In this document: piece by piece, positions 1-9,152 of the stretch | Position numbering within the stretch: the stretch's first letter is position 1 | Layout: every line of letters starts with the position of its first letter | From: Malacoraja senta | Taxonomy: Eukaryota | Reading direction: 5' to 3' | DNA: 64,000 nucleotides | NCBI GenBank assembly: GCA_038087875.1 | Contig: JAXLNO010000161.1 | Span: 62,001 to 126,000 of the forward strand | Position numbers and translations under genes: made by a program | Notes under the pieces: model-generated | What the model was told of the DNA's origin: nothing | Database searches by the model: none | Seen by the model: the letters and a program-made list of their open reading frames with translations, nothing else

Positions 1-374
1 TCGTCAGGCCGCCTTTTAAACCCATGTCCATAAAGTTATGAGTCTAGCGGTTGTAGCTGTGCTATTGTGGCTTTTTCTTAAAGTTTATTCTTGAAATAAA
101 AATCACAATTCATTATACTAAAAGAAAAAAAAGTGACAGAAATTACAATGACAAAATTAAAATTCCATTGAATTAAGTAAAAATTATAGAAGCATTACTC
201 CAAATTGTATGACTAAGGCCACAGGTATGAGGTAATGGTAAAAATATGACAACAAACAATCTCATGTGCAATAGAAATTAAAAGTAAATGCCTAGGTAGT
301 TAAGTTTGCTACAAAACTACATACCTAAAATTTATTAATACCGTCTGAGGAACAGAATTGCTTCTGCCAGAGAG

Positions 375-760
375 AGATAGAGAGACAGAGGGAGAGAGAG
401 AGAGTGTGTGGAGGGAGGGAGGGGGCTGGGAGGAGAAGGGTGAGAGGCTGGAGGTGGAAAGGAGGTGAAGTGAGTAGCGGGGGGGGGGCGACAGGGAGCA
501 AAGGGTGGGGGGAGGATTCAAGGGGGAGTGGGTTTGGTGCCGAGGGGGATGAATGGAGGGGCAGGGAACAGGGGGGGGAGAGAGAGGGGTCAAGTGAGCC
601 AAGGAAGGGGGTAGGGAGCCAGGTGGGGTGGGTCCACTGTTTGGGGGCGGGGAGGAGGGCGGAGGGAGCAAAGGGGTGTAAGCAGCAGGAGGCGGCAGCA
701 GGGGTAAGGGGCAGGGAGCCAAAGGAGGAGGTCACAATGTTTGGTGGTGGGGAGGGCGTT
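375..760. repeat. G-rich low-complexity tract
   Basis: Purine/G-run-rich sequence without a fixed period; overlapping ORFs are Pro/Gly-rich artefacts. Confidence 0.7.
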
Positions 761-849
761 GCAGTTTAGGAAGTCATATCAGGGCAGGGTCTTCACAGTG
801 ATTGGCGGGGTGCCGGGGGAATGTGTGGAGCCAAGGGATCTAGGAGTGC

Positions 850-908
850 AGGTACGAGTTGGGCCGAAGGGCCTCTTTCCAACACTGTATCACTCTATGA
901 ATCTATGA
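850..908 (+). mobile_element. CR1 LINE / SINE 3' tail remnant
   Basis: gggccgaagggcct...ctgtatcactctatgaatctatga resembles the tails at 33678-33895 and ends in a short tandem tail. Confidence 0.6.
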
Positions 909-1313
909 CAAAGTGCTGGAGTAACTCAGCAGGTCAGAAGGCACCCGTGGAGAAGATAGACACAAAGTGCTGGAGTAACTCGGTGGGTCAGGCAGCATCT
1001 GTGGAGAAGATAGACACAAAGTGCTGGAGTAACTCAGTGGGTCAGGCAGCATCTGTGGAGAAGATAGACACAAAGTGCTGGAGTAACTCAGTGGGTCAGG
1101 CAGCATCTGTGTGGAGAAGACACAAAATGTTAGTGTAATTCAGTGAGTCAGGCAGCATCTGTGGAGAAGATTGACACAAAACGTGCTGGAGTAACTCAGC
1201 GAGTCAGGCAGCATCTGTGGAGGAAATAGACACAAAGTGCTGCAGTAACTCAGCGGGTCAGACAGCATCTGTGGAGAGAATGAATGGGTGACATTTTGGG
1301 TCGAGACCCTTCT
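907..1313 (-). repeat. ~54-bp tandem array (7 units) derived from the Penelope pLTR 3' segment
   Basis: Unit gacacaaagtgctggagtaactcagtgggtcaggcagcatctgtggagaagata resembles 8285-8332. The last unit runs into a truncated hammerhead-like segment (gggtgacattttgggtcgagacccttct). Confidence 0.8.
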
Positions 1314-1607
1314 GTGGTTTAGGTTAGTTTAGAGTTGCAGCGTGGAAGATCTTTCAGCCCGCGGAGTCCACGCCGACCAGCGATCACCCCGTACACTATG
1401 CACATTATGGATAATTTAACAATTTTGCGGAGGCCGATTAATCTACAAACCTGAACGTCTTTGAAATGTTGGAGGAAACCGGAGCACCCGGAGTAAAAAC
1501 CCACGTAGGTCAAGGGGAGAACGTACAAGTTCCGCGCGGACAGCACCCGTAGTCAGGATCGATCCTGAGTCTCTGGCGGTGAGGCAGCAACCGTACCGCT
1601 GCACGGC
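1314..1607 (-). mobile_element. tRNA-derived V-SINE (HE1-like)
   Basis: The minus strand shows a tRNA-like head, a V-domain-like core (gtgggtttt.ctccgggtgctccggtttcctcc) and a CR1-type 3' tail ending in ctaaactaacc. Confidence 0.8.
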
Positions 1608-1689
1608 GTAGAAATGTATAATTGTTTCCTCCACCATAAACGCTCCCAATATGTGCTAGTAATGTCCTGTTTGCCAGCTTGTTGACCCT

Positions 1690-1708
1690 CTGTGTTCCCC
1701 TCCTGCAG
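1690..1708 (+). promoter_or_regulatory. Candidate 3' splice acceptor of the ZNF exon
   Basis: Pyrimidine tract tgtgttcccctcctgcAG|g lies 115 nt upstream of the ATG at 1824; the motif is conserved in paralogous copies at 48803-48804 and 50687-50688. Confidence 0.55.
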
Positions 1709-1823
1709 GGTTTAGGAGCGTTGCTGTGGACGGAGAGTCAGGAACGTGAGCAGACATTGATGGTGGCCAGGGTGCCGGTGCCCCCCCCCCCCCGCATCTG
1801 CTTGGTTTGCGGGCTGAGCTTCG

Positions 1824-2762
1824 ATGGAGGGGCACAACAAGGAGAAGCGTTATGTGTGTGAAATGTGTGGCAAGTCCTGGCAGTACCCGAGCGAGGTGGA
1901 GGCCCACCGGCGGGTGCACACGGGAGAACGCCCCTTCGACTGCTTGGAGTGCGGCAAGTACTTCACCCGATCCAGCAGCCTGCTGCGGCACAACCGCGGG
2001 CACTCCAGCGAAAGGCCCTTCACCTGCTGCGACTGCGGCAAGAGCTTCAAGACGGCGAATCACCTGAAAATCCACCGGCAGGTGCACATGGGCGAGAAGC
2101 CCTATTGCTGCTCCACCTGCGGCAACAGCAGTGAGCGGCCCTTCACCTGCTCCGATTGCGGCAAAGGCTTCAAGTCGTCACCGAACCTGCAGGTGCACAG
2201 GTGCGTGCACACCGGGGAGCGCCCCTACACCTGCAGCGACTGCAGCAAGGACTTCACCCGCTCCAGCAACCTGCTGAAGCACCAGCGCACCCACACCGGC
2301 GAGCGCCCCTACACCGGCGCACAGTGCGACAAGGGCTTCACCCAGTCCGGTCACCTGCTGGTGCACCAGCGCACCCACACTGGCGAGCGTCCCTACACCT
2401 GCGCCCAGTGCGGAAAGGGCTTCACCCGCTCCATCGGGCTGCTGTCCCACCAGCGCACCCACACCGGCGAGCGCCCCTTCACCTGCGTCCAGTGCGGCAA
2501 GGGCTTCTACCGCTCCGACAGCCTGCTGGAGCACCAGCGCACCCACACCGGCGAGCGCCCCTACACCTGTGCCCAGTGCGGCAAGGGCTTCACCCGATCC
2601 GGCACCCTGCTGATGCACCAGCGCACCCACACTGGCGAGCGTCCCTACTCCTGTGCCCAGTGCGGCAAGAGCTTCACCCAGTCTAGTCACCTGCTGGTGC
2701 ACCAGCGCACCCACACCGACGAGCGCCCCTATATAGCAATGTTACAAAATTTTGAGATTTAA
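1824..2762 (+). CDS. Tandem C2H2 zinc-finger protein (Kruppel-type), truncated at the C-terminus by a transposon; may be a pseudogene
   Basis: 312-aa ORF with 9 intact C-x2-C...H-x3-H fingers and TGERP linkers, one finger with C>G (YTGAQC) and one half finger (YCCSTCGNSSERP). The last ~9 codons and the stop come from the insertion starting at 2734. Confidence 0.8.
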   Translation: MEGHNKEKRYVCEMCGKSWQYPSEVEAHRRVHTGERPFDCLECGKYFTRSSSLLRHNRGHSSERPFTCCDCGKSFKTANHLKIHRQVHMGEKPYCCSTCGNSSERPFTCSDCGKGFKSSPNLQVHRCVHTGERPYTCSDCSKDFTRSSNLLKHQRTHTGERPYTGAQCDKGFTQSGHLLVHQRTHTGERPYTCAQCGKGFTRSIGLLSHQRTHTGERPFTCVQCGKGFYRSDSLLEHQRTHTGERPYTCAQCGKGFTRSGTLLMHQRTHTGERPYSCAQCGKSFTQSSHLLVHQRTHTDERPYIAMLQNFEI

Positions 2763-3774
2763 AAAATAAAGTCTGCAATTTATCCCATCAGATAAAGCAT
2801 AAAAAGAAGTTTAATTTGACACTTAATTCACTTTCATATCTTCAGTATTAAAAAAGTTATGGCCATTATCATACTCAGAAATTAGCATCTAGTTCCCTAT
2901 TGCTTTTCCATTGACTTAACACAAAAGCTGTGATCGAGGACAGTTAAAAGCCCATAACTTTCTTAAAAATTATGGTAACTGAAAGAAATTTTCAGGTATT
3001 ATAGATTGAAGCATTCTGAAGCAAATATGAAACAATCTTACTTCGAAGACATGAAAGTAAAGCATATAATTAGTTAGTTACCTAATTGTAGCTAATTACA
3101 AAATTCAATTACTAGATCTAAACATCTATCAATTTCTTAAGAATAGATTAACATTTTTAAATAGCCTAAGTGTCCAAATAACATTCACACAATAATTCAC
3201 AATATAACATAATTTTTAAATCTAATTTTCATGAATTTACAGGCCAAATGGAAGGAATTGATGGTTTAATACCTGTAAATTAATGGGGATTTAATTCATC
3301 TTGCGAGTGAGAATTTCTGGAACGCGATCTTTTGGAACGTTCATTTGCGGTGAATTTAACCCCGTATTGGCATGAAAAATACTGCCGTTAATTCGGGGAA
3401 TAAAATCACCGTGTCGCATGACAAAATGTGAATTAAAGGCTTCTTAAGAAGCACTTTTATACATTTAAAGAAAGCACTTTCGTTTACCTGTCCATTGTGT
3501 GAAATCCGTCCCCGTTATTGGCGTTGACGCTTCAGGAGCTGCTTTTAAAATGACTGTAGCGCTGACATTGACGATTTAATTTAAAAAAAAAATTCACAAA
3601 TCGCCGGAAGGATCGATTTTGTCAGCGAAAGTTTGTACTCCAACAAAATATTTCCAGGACAAGGGAGGAGAAACCGCGTTTTAACCCCGCCCCCCCCTTA
3701 AAGGCGCCAAAATCGCGCACACGGCCAGTGGCAGAATTACAGCGCGACTGAAGGTAAGTTTTGTAACATACCTA
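2734..3774. mobile_element. Non-autonomous DNA transposon (unclassified) with 16-bp imperfect TIRs and 7-bp TSD
   Basis: Left end tagcaatgttacaaaa and right-end reverse complement taggtatgttacaaaa match at 14/16. TSD ccctata lies at 2727-2733 and 3775-3781. Removing the element restores ERP-Y-T-C in frame. Confidence 0.85.
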
Positions 3775-4300
3775 CCCTATACCTGCGCCCATTGCGGCAA
3801 GGGCTTCACCTGCTCCACAAAGCTGCTGTCCCACCAGCGGGTGCACGCCGGCGACCATCCCGTCCCCAGCCCGGTGTGTGGAAAGCGCTTTGCCATGGCC
3901 TCCCACGCCCTGTCGCACCAGCACGTGCACACCAGTGGCCAGCCCGTACTGCGGTGAGGAGTTTGACAGCTCGCGGGGGTTGCGGCAGCACCGGCGGACC
4001 CACGCCGGCGAGCAGCTGCTCCCACTGTGACAAGAGTGCACAGGGGCTGCGGGAGCACCAGCGGAGACACATCGGAGAGATACCCTTTGTGTGCACTGAA
4101 TGTGGCAAGGGTTTCACCTGTATGTCCAGCTTGTGGCAGCACCGGCGTACCCACAGCGGTGAGCGTCCCTTCCCCTGCCCGTCCTGTGGTAAGGGCGTCA
4201 CCCGCCTTGACAACTTGCTGGAGCACCGGCGAGTTCACATCGGCCAGCACCCCTTCACCTGCCCGCTCTGTGGCAAGGCCTTTGCCAGCTCCTCCAGCCC
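3775..4300 (+). pseudogene. Detached 3' part of the C2H2 zinc-finger array (frameshifted)
   Basis: PYTCAHCGKGFTCSTKLLSHQRVH... continues the pre-insertion frame, followed by a frameshift near 3945 and more fingers (FVCTECGKGF...HRRTH, FPCPSCGKG...HRRVH). Confidence 0.8.
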
Positions 4301-4349
4301 TTTTTTGTAAACCAGTAACTGCAGTTCCTTGTTTTTAAACTATTCTGGT

Positions 4350-4445
4350 TAACCATCTCTGCACCTTCCCCAAAGCCTCCACATCAGTGCTGTAATGGAG
4401 TGACCAGAACTGTATGCAACACTCCAAATGCTACCTGACCAATGT
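4350..4445 (-). mobile_element. Short degenerate CR1 fragment
   Basis: The reverse strand reads like the CR1 LEYCVQFWSP region (HLECCIQFWSL). Confidence 0.5.
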
Positions 4446-4459
4446 TCCTTTGAAGCTGC

Positions 4460-5338
4460 AAATATCCAGAACTTCCTCCAACTAAACGAGAGTAAATCTG
4501 AGGGCATCCTTCTCGGCCCCTCGGACTCAATCAAAATGATAGCAGGCAGCCTTGGAAGCCGTACCCCACTACTCAAACCTCACGTCAAAAACCTTGGCGT
4601 GATATTTGACTGAGCTCTGAAATTTGACAAAGAAGTCAATGCCGTGGTAAAAGCTAGCTTCTTTCAGCTTCGGACGACAGCTAAAATAAAACAATTCCTC
4701 CAGTTTGATGACCTCGAAAAGATCATCCACACATTCATCTCCTCCCGCCTAGATTACTGCAACTCCCTTTACACTGGCATCAGCCAATCTTCCCTGTCCC
4801 ACCTGCAACTGGTCCAAAACGCCGCAGCGAGACTCCTGACGGGCACCCGAAAAAGGGACCACATCACCCCGATCCTGGCCTCTCTCCACTGGCTCCCTGT
4901 GCGGTTCCGTATAAACTTCAAGATCCTCCTCCATGTCTACAAATCCCTCAATGGGCTTGCCCCCACCTACATAAAAAGTCTTCTCACCCACCACTCCACC
5001 TCCAGGCCCCTGAGATCGGCCGACTTGGGGTTGCTGAATATCCCACGGTCTAGGCATAAGCTCAGGGGCGACCGCGCCTTTGCGGTTGCAGCCCCTAGAC
5101 TGTGGAACAGCATCACCTTTCCCATCAGAACTGCCCCCTCCATCGACTCTTTTAAGTCAAGACTAAAGACTTATCTATAATCACAAGCCTTTCCTGACGT
5201 CCTCTGAGTGAGGGCTACATGTATATATATATGTAGTTTGTTTTGTTTGTGCTATTCTTTTAACAAATGTAAAGCACTTTGGCCAACGAGAGTTGTTTTT
5301 TAAATGTGCTATAAAAATAAATGTGACTTGACTTGACT
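4460..5338 (+). mobile_element. L2 LINE 3' fragment
   Basis: NFLQLNESKSE...VKNLGVIFD* then SRLDYCNSLY, LQLVQNAAARLL and HITPILASLHWLP; 3' end aataaatgtgacttgacttgact. Confidence 0.9.
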
Positions 5339-5559
5339 CTCTCTCCCCCCTCTCCACACTCTCCACTCCCTCCACTCTCCCCCCCACTTGTACACAAAAT
5401 CTCTCCACTCCACCCTCTCATCAAACACAATTTTTCATCTGTAAGAAATTGTGGGCCACAAGATCTCTGATGAGGGAAAGGGGTGATGGGTTGGGAGAAT
5501 GCCTCCTTTTACATGCTTTTCTGAAACACACACCACTCACCTTTTGTTGCGGCTTCATC

Positions 5560-6450
5560 CTCTCATTTGTTTTAATCTCTTTAGGTTAGTCTCTGAAAAA
5601 GAAGTCTTGCAAGTTGTTCAGGAATCATTTATAACATGTGATCTTGACCCTACCCCAACTCACTTGTTGAAAAAAAATCTTCACTGAATTTGTTCCTATT
5701 ATAACAATTATGTTATTTATGACTCTTTTGAAAGTGGGTGTCTTCCTGACAAGTACTTTCCCAAGGGGTTCCTCAGGGATCTGTGTTAGGCATATTACTG
5801 TTTCCTTTGTACACCTCCCCGTTAGAAAGTATAGTCAACCCTCACAATGTGTATAAGATGTTCTATGCTGATGATACCCAATTGTATTTAAGAAGGAACT
5901 GCAGATGCTGGAAAATCGAAGGTAGACAAAAGTGCTGGAGAAACTCAGCGGGTGCAGCAGCATCTATGGAGCGAAGGAAATAGGCAACGTTTCGGGCCGA
6001 AACGTTGCCTATTTCCTTCGCCTCATAGATGCTGCTGCACCCGCTGAGTTTCTCCTGCACTTTTGTATACCCAATTGTATATTGCATTTAAACAGTCTGA
6101 TGCAGATGTTGTATGCCACGTTATTTAATGTGTTAAAGCAATCAAAGAGTGGTCCAGTCATAAAGGTCTCATTGAATAGTAATACGACTGAGTTTTTACA
6201 TATATCTTCTCGCTTTCGATCTGTTGTTCCTGTTTCCACAATTGATTTGGAAGGTGTGCAAGTACATCCAGTCAAAACATGTCGGAGCCTTGGAGTAACT
6301 TGATGACAAGTTCACACTAGAAAGCTTTGTCAGACAAAACTGCAGATCTGCATCATTTGGACTTCATAAAATTGGTAAAATCCATCCTTTTGTCGACAAG
6401 CACACAACAGAACGAGTAGTTCATGCCTTTGTGATGTGTCACATAGATTT
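5560..6450 (+). mobile_element. Older, degenerate L2 LINE RT fragment
   Basis: [26 protein letters not shown] and VHAFV motifs with indels; interrupted at 5888-6066. Confidence 0.75.
5888..6066. mobile_element. Penelope pLTR-derived fold-back (hairpin) insertion with 14-bp TSD
   Basis: 70-nt near-perfect inverted arms at 5926-5995 and 5997-6066; TSD atacccaattgtat at 5874-5887 and 6067-6080. Confidence 0.85.
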
Positions 6451-6724
6451 TGTAATATATTATATTATTATATTATATTATATTAAAAAATTGATTTTTG
6501 CAAAAGGAATGCAAACCTTGTATAATATTACAACACATTTTGATTTTTAAATTCTCCTGTATAACATTAAGTGAAAAAGACACACTTGAATAAATTCAAT
6601 TCATATAGTATTTTTTTTCTTTTTTACAAGAGCATGAAATGTTCACGCTGTATATTATGCGACAGTATAACTGGTTCTCTAGGACTGCATTAGTGGCATT
6701 TGCTATTGACCGGAGTTCTGGAAA

Positions 6725-7067
6725 TTCAAGAAAAGTGTTGCTCAATCACATGACGACTTCGCAAATCACCTGCCGAACTCCAGGAAGTGGCTGTTCATTT
6801 CCAGGGATCTCTGGAATGTTTGGGCCATCAATGTGAGGTTCATGGCGCATGATGGACATGTTCCAAAGCATCACCACTGCAACAATCACTCACAGAGTGG
6901 TGTCAAGCTTGACACGCATGTCATTAAGGCATGGGAACCTTCTCTTCATCATTCCAAACGTGCGCTCAATGATGTCACGGCCACTCTTGTGGGCAACGTT
7001 ATAATGTTCCTCACCCCTCCCCTGGGGCTGGAGCAACGGAGTCAGGAGAAATGGTTGGCAGGCATAC
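6725..7067 (-). pseudogene. PIF/Harbinger transposase, last coding exon
   Basis: Acceptor tttcAG|g, then YACQPFLLTP...YNVAHKSGRDIIERTFGMMKRRFPCL carrying the catalytic E region; premature TGA at 6890-6892. Confidence 0.85.
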
Positions 7068-7517
7068 CTGAAATATAACAAATGTAAACGGTACATACCT
7101 TCACTACAAAGAGCATAACACAGTTAATATTATATCCAAACATTACCTGCAACGATTCAAATACATTTCTGTTAATATCATAGAAGCATCATGTAGTAAA
7201 AAAAATTATCAATGACATTCTTTTATTCTAACAAATCCCTTTTTTAATTAAAGGAAAGAATATCCAAAACATATTTCCTTCCTGTAGAGAAACTGGACAG
7301 CTGTTCAATATGAAATTGTACACATGCTATTCTGATGCCTATTGCCAACTACAGATGAAGGTTTGTGGAAACCGGGAGAGCTTTCAAAAGAGGGCTACTG
7401 CTACTACATTTACATTTGCTCCAATACGTTTTTAAATGATTAAATTTGCATTTGTGATGTTTTAGGTCTAAAGAAGTAAATCCTTTTTTATTGCCTCTCT
7501 GGAAAATAATCATTCCT

Positions 7518-7822
7518 TTTGGGGTTGCTGAATATCCCGCAGTCTAGGCATAAGCTCAGGGGCGACCGTGCCTTTGCAGTTGCAGCTCCTAGACTGTGGA
7601 ACAGCATCCCCCTTCCCATCAGAACTGCCCCCTCCATCGACTCCTTTAAGTCAAGATTAAAAACGTATCTATACTCCCAAACCTTTTTGACGTCCTCTGA
7701 GCGAGGGCTATATGTATATATGTCGTTTGTTTGTTTATATTATTCTTATAACAAATGTAAAGCACTTTGGCCAACGAGAGTTGTTTTTTAAATGTGCTAT
7801 ATAAATAAATGTGACTTGACTT
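7518..7822 (+). mobile_element. L2 LINE short 3' fragment inside a Harbinger intron
   Basis: Highly similar to 5026-5338, with the same gacttgactt tail. Confidence 0.85.
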
Positions 7823-7919
7823 TTCTTTAAAGTTACTTAAATGTTGAATTTGACTTAATTCTTTCTGTACTTTGATTAATCCATACTTTCAAACTACATG
7901 TAACCTGCAAGCATCTTAC

Positions 7920-8065
7920 CCACTGTTTCCAAGGAGCCATTTGGCCTCATGGCTTTCTACTTCCAATTGTCTTCTGTTGACATTCCGGAAAAAGTCGGGA
8001 ATCGTGTGTGCCTCCAGGCCACCTCGCTACAAGATTGTTAACTTGCCGTCATGGTTGCATACAGC
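7920..8065 (-). pseudogene. PIF/Harbinger transposase, middle exon
   Basis: catgtAG|AVCNHDGK..LVARWPGGTHDSRLF...KWLLGNSG|GTaaga. The LLGDSGY motif is completed across the intron, with D>N and frameshifts. Confidence 0.8.
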
Positions 8066-8283
8066 CTACATGAAGAATAAGACAGATTATAAAACATGAA
8101 TTAATTAGGTATATGACCTGAGTGTCTAATTAACACTGTTATGAAAACTATTGTGGAATAATCAATAATGCTTGGGAAACTTGTAGATTGGTTTATGCAT
8201 GCAACCAATCATATATAGGTTAGCATCACTAACCCCGCCTTACTGTATCATTTATATTAACACCTAGTTCCTATGCTACGCAG

Positions 8284-8955
8284 GTACACAAAAATGCTGG
8301 AGAAACTCAGCGGGTGCAGCAGCATCTATGGAGCGAAGGAAATAGGTAACGTTTCGGGCCGAAACCCTTCTTCAGACTGATAGGGGGTGGGGAGAAGAAA
8401 GGAAAAAAAGGGAAAAGGCGGAGGAGGAGCCCGAGGGCTGGGGGAGGGGAGGAGACAACCAGATGGCTGATGAAGGGGAGGGGACAGCAAGGGCTAGCAG
8501 AATTGGGAGAATTCAATGTTCAGGCCACCAGGATGTAGACTGCCCAAGCGGAATATGAGGTGCATTTCCTCCAATTTACGGTGTTGCTCGCTGTGGCCAT
8601 GGAGGAGACCCAGGACAGAGAGGTCAGATACGGAATGGGAGGGGGAGTTGAAGTGCTGAGCCACCGGAAGTTCAGGTTGGTTATTGCGGACCGACCGGAG
8701 GTGTTCGGCGAAACAATCGCCAAGCCTCCGCTTGGTCTCACCGATGTAGATCAGCTGGCATCTAGAGCAGCGAATGCAATAGATGAGGTTGGAGGAGATG
8801 CAGGTGAACCTCTGTCGCACCTGGAACGACTGCTTGGGTCCTTGAATGGAGTGGAGGGGGGAGGTGAAGGGACAAGTGTTGCATCTCTTGCGGTTGCAAG
8901 GGAAAGTACCAGGGGAGGGGGTGGTATGGGAGGGAAGGGAAGAATTGACAAGGGG
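8284..8955 (-). mobile_element. 5'-truncated Penelope-like element (GIY-YIG endonuclease plus pLTR) inserted in the Gypsy 5' LTR
   Basis: ORF 8494-8820 has NLIYCIRCSRCQLIYIGETKR...GLNIEF. TSD acgcag lies at 8278-8283 and 8956-8961, and the 3' LTR shows the empty site. Confidence 0.9.
8346..8378 (-). ncRNA. Minimal type-I hammerhead ribozyme motif in Penelope pLTR
   Basis: Minus strand: agu CUGAAGA a GGG uuucgg CCC GAAAC GUU ac. Confidence 0.7.
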
Positions 8956-9152
8956 ACGCAGTTCGGTAGCGGACAGGATGCAGTGACAACTAACATGCTA
9001 CTGTGCTGTTAAGTCTGTATGTGGATTAAAGATCTAAAATTTCGTGTTGTGTAGATGTCATATTTACATGGTGTCAAGTTTGGGTTAACCCACTTCTCCT
9101 GTATATCGGTTTTTATTTTTATTTTGCCAAGTTTTTATATTCACGTTTCGAG

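Noticed and set aside
907..1313. CRISPR-like regular array and the repetitive ORF 821-1138
   Set aside because: Units are contiguous with no unique spacers, there are no cas genes, the context is eukaryotic, and the unit matches the Penelope pLTR.
1530..1607. tRNA gene
   Set aside because: Only the tRNA-derived head of a SINE; no full cloverleaf, and it continues into the SINE body.
1656..4250. Antisense and alternate-frame ORFs over the ZNF exon
   Set aside because: Shadow ORFs caused by GC-rich repetitive finger codons.
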